From assembly GCF_009914755.1 (NCBI RefSeq), contig NC_060929.1: a stretch of DNA of 64,000 nt. One strand, given 5' to 3'. Numbering within the stretch: position 1 is the stretch's first letter; each line of letters starts with the position of its first letter. Below are positions 31,493 to 47,042 of this stretch, in pieces. A program made the translations under genes and the position numbers. Below the pieces are notes generated by a model. That model did not search any database, was not told the origin of the DNA, and saw nothing but the letters and a program-made list of their open reading frames with translations. Origin of the DNA: the human T2T-CHM13v2.0 reference genome, Homo sapiens.

Positions 31493-31702
31493 TTTATTTA
31501 TTTTGAGACAGGGTCTTGCTCTGTCTCTCAGGGTAGAGTGCAGTGGCATGATCACAGCTCATTGCAGCCTTGACCTCCCGGGCTCAATCCTCCCACCTCA
31601 GCCTCCTGAGCAGCTGGACTACAGGCACACACCACCATGCCCAGTTAATTTTTGTATTTTTTTTGTAGGGGCAGGGTTTTGCCATGTTTCCATGTTGCTC
31701 AG
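31493..31702 (-). mobile_element. 5'-truncated Alu (AluJ-like)
   Basis: TSD gagataattatt at 31481-31492 and 31703-31714. Confidence 0.92.
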
Positions 31703-31743
31703 GAGATAATTATTAAACAATGAAGTTGAAAGTAATAGTTTCA

Positions 31744-32040
31744 GGCAGGGCGTGGTGGCTCACGCCTGTAATCCCAATACTTAGGGAGGCTGAGGTGGGT
31801 AGATCACTTGAGGCCAGGAGTTCAAGACCAGTTTGGCCAACATGGTGAAACCCCGTCTCTACAAAAAATACAGAAATTATCTGGGCACGGTGGCACATGT
31901 CTGTAATCCCAGTTATTCAGGAGGTTGAGGCATGAGAAATACTTGAACCCAGGAGGTGGAGGGTGCAGTGAGCTGAGATAGGGCCACTGCACTCCAGCCT
32001 GGGTGATAGAGTGAGACTCTGTCTCAAAAGAAAAAAAAAG
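31744..32040 (+). mobile_element. Alu (AluS-type)
   Basis: Dimeric Alu with poly-A. Confidence 0.95.
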
Positions 32041-32247
32041 TGATGGTTTTAGGATGATTTTATAATATTGAAAGAATAAGAAGACATTGAATTAAAATGT
32101 AGGATACAAGGTGGTATATAGAGTGTAATTCTCTTGATATTGAAATATGCCTAGAAAAAGATGGAAAAGAAATACAACATGTAAAAATGCCAGCTAGTAA
32201 TTTTATCAAAGTGGTGGGATTATGGCTAGATTTATTTCCCTTCAGTT

Positions 32248-32282
32248 CTATCTATCTATCATCTATCTATCTATCTATCTAT
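32248..32282. repeat. (TATC)n microsatellite
   Basis: Directly visible. Confidence 0.9.
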
Positions 32283-32284
32283 GT

Positions 32285-32622
32285 GTTTTGTGTTTTGTGT
32301 TTTTTGTTTTTTATTTTTGAGACAAGGTCTTACTCTGACACCCAGGGTCTCACTCTGACACCCAGGCTGGAGAGCAGTGGCTTGATCTCAGCTCACTGCA
32401 GCCTCGACCTCCCTGGGCTCAGGTGACCCTCCCACCTCAGCCTCCCGAGTAGCTGGGACTACAGGTGTGTGCTACTGTGCTTGGCTAATTTTTTTTTTTT
32501 AATTGTGTAGAGGCAGGGTTTTGCCATGTTGCCCAGGCTGGTCTCGAACTCCTGGACTCAAGCAATCTGCCAGCCTAGACCTCCCAAAGTGCTAGGATTA
32601 CAGGCATGAGCCACCAAGCCTG
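32285..32622 (-). mobile_element. Alu (AluJ-like) with an internal 20-bp tandem duplication
   Basis: ggtctt/cactctgacacccag x2 at 32326-32365. Confidence 0.92.
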
Positions 32623-32759
32623 TCTCAGTTCTGTACATTTTTTTATGTATTATTTTCTTAATGAAGAACTTCACCATAAATATTTTTAAAATGAACACTC
32701 ATTTTAAAAAGATGTCCTGAAATGAAATCAGAAGTGATCTAACTCTCTATCTCTTTGCC

Positions 32760-33210
32760 ATATCTGCCCCAGTTTAGGTTTCCTGAAAGCAAAGACTGAG
32801 ATACAAATTTGGGTCAGATGTTTTCTTTGGTAGGTGATCCCAGGAAGCCTAACTGAAAGAATGAGGAAAATGAGACACAACTCAGAAAAGCTAATAAATA
32901 GATTTGATAACCTTGGGCTGGTTATCACTGGCACAACTGGAGCCCAGCCTCCCTGGGGACCCTCTGAGGAACAAGGTACACTGTGCCTCAGTGGAACTGT
33001 CCCTTTGAAAGATGGGAAGCTGGGCATTTATCCACTCACTCCTATGCCCAACTATGGTGTTCCTGGCCTAGGTGCCATCCTTAGCCTTGGAGAAAGCCTG
33101 AAGGCAGACTAGCTGACAGACAGCAGAGGGGGCACATGAATTGACCCTGTGTGAAAAGTTACCCACCACAGCGCTGAAATCACGCATAGGCGGGGCACAG
33201 AAAGCCCCTG
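32760..33210 (-). mobile_element. LTR16-like ERVL LTR
   Basis: ttaggtttcctgaaagcaaagactgagatacaa..tttggtaggtgatcccaggaagc. Confidence 0.6.
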
Positions 33211-33944
33211 CAATATCCAAACAGGTCTCCACTGAAGGGTTCTGTCCTCATGTCTCCTGTGCGGTGTTTATCAACAACTCAGAAACCTGGAAGGCTGGCA
33301 AATTCAGGAACAGCACAGAGCTGGGAAAAAAAATTCTATGAGTACCAAGTTCTGAATGATCAAGAGATTAGAATGATGAACTAGATTTAAGGGTGGAATT
33401 TAAATAGGCAGGAATGCAGATTAAAAATTTATATATAGTTCCAAACAAATGCAAAGGGAAAGGATTGGAAAACATGGCTTAACAGATGAAAATTTTAAGC
33501 AACCAAATACATGTGGGTTTGAGTTAAACCTGAACATAATATGTGTTTAGGTTTCTGTTTCCAACAGAAATTTTATTCCATCTCACATTGCAATTTCTGT
33601 TCTGAATGAGGGGATTAAAGACCCATGGGACACTCAACTAGTTACTTAGGAAGTAACTAGTACTTCCTATGTACTTCCTATGGGCTCCACCGTAGAAGGT
33701 GGTACTCCACCTTTGGGTACCTGGTTGGTATCACAGTGAAATGATGCTTGACATCTCTGGGTGTGTAGACTAATCAACTGGAGCAGGGTACAGGAGAATC
33801 CCCAGTGTTGCCTATGAGTGATAGAGAGGCAGAAACCATGTTCTTTTGGCTGAAGGGACTGAGGGAGCTTAGCCCAGAAAAGAGAATCCTCAGAGAGGCA
33901 AGAGGGGAGGCAAGACAGGAGCGCGTACCTCAGATATCTCAAGT

Positions 33945-34260
33945 ACTGAGCATGGTGGCTCACGCCTGTAATCCCAGCACTTTGGGAGGCCAAGGAGGGA
34001 GGACTGCTTGAGCTCAGGAACTCAAGACCAGCCTGGGCACATACCACAACCACATCTCTACAAAAAAGTACAAAAATTAGCCAGGTGTGGTGGCACATGC
34101 CTGTGGTCCCAGCTACTTGTGAGACTGAGGTGGGAGGATGGGCTTGAGCCCAGCAGGTCAAGGCTGCAGTGAGCTATGATTGCGCCACTGCACTCTAGCC
34201 TAGGTGACAGAGTAAGACCCTGCCTCAAAAAAAATAAATAAATAAAAAGAAAAGAAAAAA
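33945..34260 (+). mobile_element. Alu (AluJ-like)
   Basis: ggtcaaggctgcagtgagctatgattgcgcc; poly-A. Confidence 0.93.
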
Positions 34261-35524
34261 TATCTCAAGGGTGCTTGAGAGGAAGCAGTGAGAGGGAGGA
34301 GTCATTATGGTCGAAAGCATGGGATGTAGACTTAGACACACTTGGGTTTGTGGGAATCCTATTCCGGTGGTTGTTGGCCCCCTAGCCTTGGTCAGCTTGT
34401 CAGTAAAATGACACACTAATGATGCCTATGTCATGTGGTTGATGTGTGGATCAAATGAGATTTATACCTAAGTTGCTTAGCACAGTATCTACACACGTAT
34501 AAGAGATACTCAAATAATAATGATAGCTAGGAACTTACATGAAGAGGAGTTTGACTTAATCTCTGTGGCCACACATTGTTGACCTAAGACAACTAGAAGT
34601 GAGTTATTTGAGCTCAATCTACAGAAGGCCTCTGACACCATCAGAGTGGTCCAAAAATTGGATAGACTGCCTTTGGAAGAATAAAGTCCCCAATACTGGT
34701 CATAGCCAGTCAGATGGCTTCTGGCTGAACCCTTGGAGGAGATTCCAGAGCTCTTTAAGTCTACATCTGGACTCTTCACTAGGCCTTTGCCATCCCCTGT
34801 GTTCAGCTTGGAGTCACCAGTGGTGAAGGTTTCCATGGGAACCACGAGGGGTTCAGAATTCTGTGTCTGAACACTGCATCCCAGAGGGAAGAGACAAGCA
34901 CTGAAGCAGTCTCCCCAGTAATAGTATGCATTTTTTAAACTGTCTAATTAAATATTAACCCCAGAGACAGAGAATTAATGGGTCTCCTATGTAAACTGTG
35001 TGCATCTCATAACCATCCGGGAAAGGGCTTAGGTAGATAGAACACTCCAAGGAAATTAAACCTATATACACATCTCCTTACTCCATGCCATCATGACAAA
35101 TGGCACAGAGGGCTGCCCTGGGGTCACTGCCCTCTTTGTATCTCCGTTATTGATGACAGCTGCCCTTCCACTGGTGCTTCAGGTGAAAGTAGGGTGGGGG
35201 TGTCATGAGGAAGGGCCTGGAGCAAACTTGACATCTTTGATCATTTTCTGCCTTCTCTTCTCACCTACTTTTTCTTCCATCTCTGGAATCTCAAAGTATT
35301 AGATTCGCTAGAGGGGATGGAGGCAAAGGGTGAAAGAAGTAGAGGGGTGGTTTTGGGATTAAACATAGACGTGGTAGGAAACAGTGGAGTAACTGGGAAT
35401 CAGAAGACATAGGTTTTTGCCTAAGCTTTGTGATCTTGGACAAATTAATTGATCACTCTGGGCCCCAGGCTCATTTCTTGAAAAAGAAAAATGAGGATCT
35501 GAATGACAGCTCATTGATTTACTT

Positions 35525-35822
35525 CATTTTTAGAGACAGGATCTAGCTCTGTTGCCCAGGCAGGAGTGCAGTAACATGATCATGGTTCACTTCAGCCTTA
35601 CACTCCTGGGTTCAAGCGATCTTCTTGCCTCGGCCTCCCAAGTAGCTGGGACTCTAAGCACAAACCACCACCCCCAGCTAAGTTTTTTAATTAATTAGTT
35701 TTATTTCTTGTAGAGAAGAGGTCTCGCTATGTTGTCTAGGCTGGTCTCAAACTCCTGGCCTCAAGCAGTCCTCTTGCCTCCCAAAATGCTGGGATTACAG
35801 GTGGGATCCACTGTGCCTGCCC
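35525..35822 (-). mobile_element. Alu (AluJ-like)
   Basis: Antisense diverged Alu. Confidence 0.92.
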
Positions 35823-35890
35823 AAGCAAACATTGAAGATCTCCTATGTGCCTGGGTACAGTGATGAATAAGGCCTAGTTTCTACCGTTGA

Positions 35891-36376
<486 letters not shown>

Positions 36377-36839
36377 TAAGAATCCTTGGCCCTCTTTCAG
36401 TTCTTCCCAAACCTCCCTCTGTCATTTGTGTGCTCTTTAACATCTTTGCCATATCTGCACATCACTTGGGCATAATTTAATTTTTCTTTAAATAAAATTG
36501 GATGCAAGATATCTACTTTGACAAAACCCATGAAATTGTGAGTTGGTGATACATAATGCAGATATATAAGACAAACACAAATCCATTAAAATAAAAAATG
36601 TCCTTTAGCATGCCACCCCAAATAACCCTCCTTCACCACCGATGCTACACATCTCATAAGCAGCAGCAAGCACTGGTCTGCTGGTTCCCTCAAAACCCTT
36701 CCAGCTGCAGGCACATTAGGAATTTTCCACCCACCTTATATCCACCTCTCCTCAACCTCCCCTGTAACCAGTCAAGGGGCAGATATGAATGTCATGCCTT
36801 TCCCCATTGTCTAACTTTGTGATCAGACATCGTGTGAGG

Positions 36840-37300
36840 CAGCTGCCGAATCCCAGCGCTGTCCCTGCACCCAGGCCGGCAGCAGGGGACCCCGCGTCTC
36901 CACCTTGAGCCTCCCCTCCCTGCTGCGGAGGCCTGCGCTCCTGGCCTTGCCACCGCCTGGCCGACTTTCTCGTGAATGACAGGGCCTGGCAGAAGGCTGG
37001 CAGTGAATGGAAGCAGTCCTGACACCCGAGCTGTGTGCGGCGCGCTAATTACACTGATGTGGGGTCTGGGCCGCGCAGTCCTTTGCTCAGAGGAAGGATG
37101 CGATGCAGGCGCGGGGAGCGAGCGGCACTACAGAGGAAACGCGGGAGCAGCAGCACCTAGGCGCATCCATAATTTATAAAATGCCAGCAGCAACAAAGGC
37201 AAAGAGGGACCAGAACCAGGAGAACAGAATAGCATAAAGCTTTTTAATGGTCTTTTTCTATTAATATCAGATGGGCGACCGTTTTTCAAGTGGGTGGAAG
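36840..37300. promoter_or_regulatory. Small orphan CpG island with adjacent TAAT-rich element
   Basis: CpG cluster (gcggcgcgc, ggcgcggggagcgagcgg); CTAATTA 37045, CCATAATTTATAAAA 37167, CAGATG 37268. Confidence 0.6.
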
Positions 37301-37916
37301 GGTTCCAAGGCCCCACAGTTCAGTCACAAAAGCTAAATGCTGCCATTTACCCCTCCTCCCCAAGCTTTACCGAAGAGCTTAGTTGTCCTAGAAGCCAAAC
37401 GTAGTATTTGAGGTTCATGTGGGCATCTGATTCTTCTAAAGGAGCTGCCTACTCTTTTAAAGGAGTTTCTAGCAAGACAATTGGAACTGCTCCTTTTTTT
37501 GTGTGTGTAATAATACTTTTACTGGCATATAACTAGTTCTTTTGTGATTAGTTATTGTTCAGGGTAACTGAGAGCATCCATCTCTTTCCTCCTTGATTTG
37601 TAAGATTATTTTTCTACTTTTAGTATTCAGTGACGCAGGCTACTCATGTAGAGGATGCATTAGGCATCAGAGATATTCTTCATTCCAAGGTGTTCCTGGA
37701 TTCAAGAGGAAACCCTTGGAGAAAATTTGCCAATAAAGAATGTACAGGAAGAAAATATTGGCCCAGGACATTATTTTTCTACTTCGAATGTCTACGATAT
37801 GTTGATCCAATGGGCAAGATACTTCTGGAGCATGATGATGGCTAGTACAAGTGTTTTATGATCAAAGAAAATTCCGGGTTCAGTGGATGGAATTAGGCCT
37901 AAATAACAAAACAGCA

Positions 37917-38617
<701 letters not shown>

Positions 38618-38723
38618 TCAGAGGGACAAAAGGAAGAGAAATTGATGCCAAAGCAGATTTGAAATATTCACCAACCTCAGATCACTGATGCTTAATTTGG
38701 ATGCCAGGATGACTCATTCCAGT

Positions 38724-39148
38724 GTGTATTAGTTTCCTACGGCTGCTGTAACAAGGTACTTGTTAGCAAAAATTTCTTGTCTAGCCAAATTTTCTAGACA
38801 GGTGGTTTAAACAACAGAAACTTCTGGAGGCTAGCATTCCTTGATAAGGTGTCGGTAGGGTTGGCTCCTTCAAGACTCTGAAGGAAAATCCATTCCTAGT
38901 TCCTAATGCTTTCCTGGAAATCTTTGGCATGCCTGGATATGGAGATACATTACCTCAATCTCTGCCTTTATCTTGGCATTCTCCCTGTGGGCACGTCTCT
39001 GTTTAAATTTCCCATTTTAATGAGGACACAGTAATCTTAACTTGACCATCAGCAAAGATTCTATTTCAATTAAAGTCATAATCACAGGTACTGGGGGTTA
39101 GGGCTTCACTATCTTTTTTTTTTCGGGGACACAATTCAACACATAGCA
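38724..39148 (-). mobile_element. MLT1B/C-like MaLR LTR
   Basis: tgtattagtttccta.ggctgctgtaacaa ... acaggtactgggggttagg ... ggggacacaattcaac. Confidence 0.82.
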
Positions 39149-39299
39149 GAGTGTACATTGTATTATTTTTCTATCTTCCCACAATTTCCCTAGACAAATT
39201 CTTCCATTCAGTCCATGTTAGAAACTGGATGAGCCCTACATTCAAAGAATTTATAGTGTAAACCAACAACGTTGACGTAGCTAGCACAAGTGTGCCCCA

Positions 39300-39600
39300 A
39301 AGAAGGAAACTTGACTTTTGAGAGCAATTTGGCAAAATCGGTTAAGGTTGAAGATGTGCATGTCCTATAACTCAGTCATTTCACATCTAGAGACACAAGA
39401 AGACATGCACAGGGATGTTCACTGCATCACTGTTTACATTAACAAAAACCAAGAAACAACCTAAAGTTTCAGCAGTAGGGAAGTGGGTAAATTGATTGTG
39501 TGATTTTGTATGACAGATTAAATAAATACAACAGATCTATGTGTAGCAACACTGATAAGTCTCAAAAATATAGTAATGTTTAAGTATACATGCATAATAA
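39300..39600 (+). mobile_element. L1ME-like fragment
   Basis: gcaatttggcaa..atgcacagggatgttcactgcatcactgttt..aaacaacctaaa. Confidence 0.65.
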
Positions 39601-39606
39601 AAATGC

Positions 39607-39916
<310 letters not shown>

Positions 39917-39929
39917 TAATTTACATTAA

Positions 39930-40329
<400 letters not shown>

Positions 40330-40509
40330 TGGGACAAATACTTTAAAATATTGATTTGTTAATTTGTGTGGTATGTCCTTGGTTTTATTAAACTATTCTC
40401 TGTGCTTTTTTCTTTCATTGAAAGTAACAATAAATTTAAACTGCCTTATGAAAAACATTTTAGAGATCTACTATAGATTTTTTTTAAGTTTTTACTTTTT
40501 AAAAGAATT

Positions 40510-41695
<1,186 letters not shown>

Positions 41696-41934
41696 TCTCT
41701 TAGTACTTTGAAAGACTGAGTACAAAAAGAGCATCTATATGCACAGATAAGATCAAAATATTAGGGATCGTTACCTCTCAGTGGTTGGATTAAGGGCAAT
41801 CTTTTGGTCTTTTTGAAAAATTATTTTTCTGTATTTTGTAAATGTTCTACAATAAATATTCTAATTTTACAATAATTTTTAAAAGAATTGTGTTCAAGAT
41901 ATTAATTGCTTAAGTGGAATGCACAGAAATTTAG

Positions 41935-42422
41935 TTTTTTTTTTTTTAATTTTTATCATTTTATTTTTCCATAAGTTATTGGGGTACAGGTGATATGTGG
42001 TTACATGAGTAAGTTCTTCAGTGGTGATTTGTGAGATTTTGGCACACCCATCACCTGAGCAGTATACACTGCACTCTATTAGTAGCCTTTTATCCCTCGC
42101 CCCCCTACCACTCTTCACCCCAAGTCCCCTAAGTCCATTGTATCATTCTTATGCCTTTGTGTCTTCATAGCTTAGCTCCCACATATTAGTGAGAATACAT
42201 GATGTTTGGTTTTCCATTCCTGAGTTACTTCACTTAGAATAATAGTCTCCAATCTCATCCAGGTCACTGCACATGCTGTTAATTCATTCCTTTTTATGGC
42301 TCAGTAGTATTCCATCGTATATATATCTACCACAGTTTCTTTATCTGCCCATTGACTGATAGGCATTTGGGTTGGTTCCATGATTTTGCACTTGTGAATT
42401 GTGCTGCAATAAACATGCATGG
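41935..42422 (-). mobile_element. L1PB-like 3' end, 5'-truncated
   Basis: poly-T then ttattggggtacaggtg..ggttacatgagtaagttc; TSD tgcacagaaatttag at 41920-41934 and 42423-42437. Confidence 0.92.
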
Positions 42423-42459
42423 TGCACAGAAATTTAGAGCTAAAAGTAACAATAAGTGC

Positions 42460-42660
42460 TAAAATTTACTGGGTGCTTACTTTGTGCCAAGTACTGTGCA
42501 TTGTTGTGCATTGCCCACAAAGACGAGGACAAATCTCATTTTAAAAACATCGATTATGGGGCTCAGAAACATTAAGAAACTTGCCCAAGAGAATATAGCT
42601 AGGAAAAAGTACAGTTAAATTCCATCTTGGGCTAGCTGCCTCAAAAGCCATACTTCTTGC
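42460..42660 (-). mobile_element. MIR SINE
   Basis: tttactgggtgcttactttgtgcca ... ggctcagaaa..ttaagaaacttgcccaag. Confidence 0.6.
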
Positions 42661-44100
42661 TGCCACACTATCATGCCTCAAAAGACTGAAGCTCAGGCAA
42701 AAATGAGGCCATTCCAAACTTGGGAGCCCAGAGAAAAATGGGTGTTTGTTAATTGAACAACAACAAAATCCCCAAATCATTTACATGTATCTTTCCAGAA
42801 ACACACCTGTTGTTTACTTTGTCATATTTGCTCATAACCTTTTTGCAACTCTTTCTCTAGAGTTAAGTTAAAAAGAGAAAGATCTTGACATTTCTTTTCG
42901 CATACAATTAAGCAATCACTGGGATACATAAAGGCTAATTCTAGTCTGGGATAACAAGGAAGTGTACAAGGTTATTTAACTACAAAGGCATCAGAATTCT
43001 CAGCCTGCTACATGTGCCCAACACAAAGAAAAGTGGGTATTTGATTGCTCTCCAGTTTCTCTGTCTGGGGATTCAGCCAAATGGAATCATCCAGACTCAA
43101 AACATACTTTGGGGCCTGAATTTCCTATTTCAGCTGTCTCCACTAATCAAATGAGCCAGGTAGGGGAGATGCACAGCTCACATGCTCCATCCATCAATGT
43201 CCCAGGCTGAATTTTGGGATTTGAAACTCTAATTCAGAGGAAGGAGGAAGATTGGCCAGAGGGAGGGCAACAGCATGTTCTGTTGTAACACATGGAGATT
43301 TGTCTATATATTTATGCCCAGGAAGGAGATAGAGAATGAAGAGGCAGGTAGAAATTATAGCCAAAGAATGGGTGTTGCTGCCAAGAAAAGCTACACTGGA
43401 GGAAATCTTGGTTTAAATGTTTATTATTCAAGGCCCAACTGCATAAGATCTTGCATGCAGCTTAACACTCCGGTACTTGAATCTCCTTGGGGATGTGGTG
43501 AACGTCCAGTCTCTATTCCCTCTTCCGGCACCTCAGTTTTCCTTGGGACATATCCACTCCCCCTCTTCGTGGGGCTGTCAATTAAGACATCCTTCTTTTC
43601 CCTAGACAAAGGTTAGTTTGTGACCCAAGCAGGCTGCAGCCTGAGAGTGCTACCTTCAAGAGAGAGTTCTTAGCAGTTCCTGCCACACAGGTGCCCAAAA
43701 CTGCTTTGGTTCCTGTCCTTTCTGGTAATTTAGTTTCATGTGTTTGTTTGTGTGAGCTCTCTCATAGCCTTTGGATAAATCCTTTTTTTTGGGGGGGGGG
43801 GGTTTGTTTTTGTTTAGCCAGTCAGTTTCCTATCACCTAGCTGATGAGTCCCCCTCCTATATTTTATGTTGCTGTGTTTCCATTTCATGATGTTTCAGTG
43901 GTTAAAGAGAAACTTGAATTTAGAAACTGTTCTGAGGATAGCCACAAAAACAACTAGTGGGTAGTAGATTTTTGGAGCCTACTTAAGGAAATATAATTTT
44001 TTCCAAGAAAGGAAATTTGAGATGAGTTAGTATAACTGTCTTTGGCTGAGTTGGTGCTCTCAAATAACATGGAATGTTGAGGAAATTATCATGGAAATTC

Positions 44101-44232
44101 GGCTGGGTGCAGTGGCTTATGCCTATGATCCCAGCACTCTGAGAGGCCAAGGTGGGCAGATTGCTTGAGCCCAGGAGCTTGAGACCAGCCTGGGCAACAT
44201 GGCGAGACCCTGTCCCTAATTTTAAAAAATAA
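44101..44232 (+). mobile_element. FLAM (Alu left monomer)
   Basis: Monomer with ttgcttgagcccaggag and a short A-tail. Confidence 0.9.
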
Positions 44233-44439
44233 ATGGGAATTATCTTGGAAATTTGGAAATTCACATGAAAATGTTTTCTCTGAGATATTTTGACACCTGG
44301 GATCAATGTGTCTTTTAAGAGAGAATTTGTGTGAAGATTTGGGCCCAATTCTTTTCTAATTCCCCTTCGCATATAGATATAATGAGCTTCTTCAAATAAT
44401 TGTTTACATTTGTTGTCTAGAATTTTCATCTCCTAGTTA

Positions 44440-45782
44440 CTTCTTAATTCACTGCAGTCTGGTTTCTGCCTTCTCAGCTGCCATAGTTAAATCCAGTGGG
44501 CCCTTTCCAGGCGCTATTGTTTGGCCTTTTGGCAATATTTCACGTTGTTGACCATTTCTTTCTTCTCAAACACTTTCTTCCTTTGACTTCCATGACTTCA
44601 CATTCTCCTGATTTTTCCCTCCTACTTCTTTGGCTGATTTCCTCTCAGCTTCTTTTGGAGGTTCCTTCTTCTGCCCATCCTTTAAATGTTGGCATTTTTC
44701 AGCGCTTTGACTTAAGTCTTCCCTTCTCCATACCCAACACAGATGATGGCTTGTTTCATTCCCATGGTTTCAATTACCATATATTTGCAAATAATTCTTA
44801 ATGTGCCTCTCCCCACACCTCTCTCTCTCCTTCCTAAGTTCCAGATCCTGTGTATAGCTGCTCTTTGAAATACACTTTTGGATATGTCACAGATCACCTG
44901 AATCCCAACATTTCCAACATTTATTCTTCCATGTACCATATTTCAGTAAATGGTATCATGAGCCACTCAGTTTTCAAAGTCAGAAACTGGAGCATCCTCT
45001 TTGACTCTTCCCTTTCTTTGACTCTCCCCTTTCTTTGACTCTCCAAAGCCAATAAATCACTCAAGACCTGTCAATTCAACCACCTAAAACATCTTGTGAG
45101 TCCATTCATTTCTCTCCAGCTCCACTGCCATATGCCTAGTCTAGGCCACCATTGTCTCTCACCCCCATGACTGCAACAGTCTTCCAGTGAGTTTTGCTGT
45201 CCCTAGAGGTGTTTTCCTCCAACTTTTTATCCACATCAAGCTGCCAGAGTGAACTTTTCAAAGCACAAATTAATGATGTCTGTTTAAACCTAACAATGCT
45301 GCCCCTAAGATGAAGCCCACATTATTGATATAATGGCTAACCTTCCAACACGCTCTTGCCAGCCTCTCCAGCCCCATCTCCATCTGTTTTCTCTTGCCTC
45401 TCTGTGCTCTAGGCACCATGAACTCTCAAATAGTGCTCTCTGTCTCCACCAGGCTCTCACACATGTTCTTACTGCCTGGAACACTTTCATCCTTCCTTCT
45501 TTCCACCTAACTCCTTCTAAACTTCTGCATCCCTTTCTCCTGGAATCCTTCCATGAGTTTTCCCTCCTTCCTTCTTCTCCTCAAATGGGTTAGGTGCCTC
45601 TGTTATGTGTTCACGTAAGACTCTCTTTCTCCCCAATCATATCCCTTGTTATAGCACATTGAAATCATCTGTATTTAGCCACATGACTATGAAATTGGGG
45701 GAGATCAGGGACCATGGTTTCTCACCATTGTATACCTAGTGTCTAGCTGATAGTAATCATTCTGCATTTGTTGAATGAACTA
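44440..45782 (+). mobile_element. L2 LINE fragment
   Basis: Degenerate RT-like translation (LLAIFHVVDHFFLL ~ DLSAAFDTVDH); ends ttgttgaatgaa. Confidence 0.75.
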
Positions 45783-46894
45783 AAATTAATTACATAAAAG
45801 AATAGTTGCTCCTTATCACTACTAAGAATGCAAGAAGAGGAAATAATTAAATAGAAGCATGGGAAGTTTGATTAAGCTATTTGAAAAATATTTCTGTAAG
45901 TTTGAGCTAATAAACGCTAGTCTTGCTCTTCTGGGGAATGATGTCATCTCCTCAGGAGACATAAAAATACAACAACAGCAAGAGTCTTAGCTGCTTAGCA
46001 AAGCAGCTAGAAGAGAAGACTAGATGACATCTCCAGACCTGCATTGATTCTATGAATTCATGAAAAGCTTGCCAAATTTGGGATCTGGCTGATTCAACAA
46101 AGTGCTTTTAATCTACTTCTATGTGATAAGATTATATGCACATTATAAAAATGTGCATTATTAAAAGATGAATAGCTTAAATTCTGAGAGGAATTATTAT
46201 AATTTTCCTTTACATATATCTTGGACTACTATGTTTCCTGTTTTCACTTCATCATACTCAATGAAAATCATCTACCTACTCTGAACTTGTATCCCTGCAG
46301 CTGAATGTGCTGGAGAAAATCCCACAACCACATTGGCAGGTCTTACCTTAAAAGGATGGCTTTGAAGCTCAAGTGTCTCCTTATGCTGCCAAGCAACCTC
46401 TTATTTGCCCTGGTTTCATTCACTCTCCTATAGCTGAGGCAACTATTTTACACATTTTTCTCTCCAAGTCTCCAACGTCTTCTCTGCAATCCTCATTTTT
46501 AACTGGTGAGTCAGTTTTATACTTCATCAAAAAAGCCGAAGCAATCAGCAACCAAACCTAAACCTCTCATTTTCCTCCACCTACTCTGCCTTCCTGTTAT
46601 TGTTGATGAACTTTCCATACACTATCTAAGCTGATTCCTTTCCTTTTGAACTAAATCCTTTTCTTTCTCACCTACTTCAAGACATAACTCCAGCAAATCT
46701 GTCCTTTCTCCCCATATAATCAATTTTTTACTCTCTACAACACATTTTTTGCTCTGTTGTTCCTACCTTACAAAAACCTTCACTTGACTCCATTCTCCCT
46801 GCCAGCTGCTACCCTAATCCTTTGCTTCCCCTTTCATCAAAACTTCTCAAGAGTTGTCTGTGCTTCCTGTCTTCAATTTATCTTCTGTCAGTTT

Positions 46895-47042
46895 TCTCTT
46901 TTTAAAAAAATTTTGTTTTCAAAAAATAGAGATCAGGTCTTGCTCTGTCGCCCAGTCTGGTCTTGAACTCCTGGGCTCAGTAATCCTCCTGCCTCGGCTT
47001 CCCAAAGTGTTGGGATTACAGGTGTGCGCCACCGCATCCAGT
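46895..47042 (-). mobile_element. FLAM-like Alu monomer
   Basis: Antisense left monomer. Confidence 0.88.

Noticed and set aside
37630-37845. ORF containing FLDSRGNP, resembling the enolase N-terminal motif (IFDSRGNPTVEV)
   Set aside because: Similarity stops after about 7 residues, with no downstream enolase sequence that I can see; treated as chance (tblastn with ENO1 would settle it)
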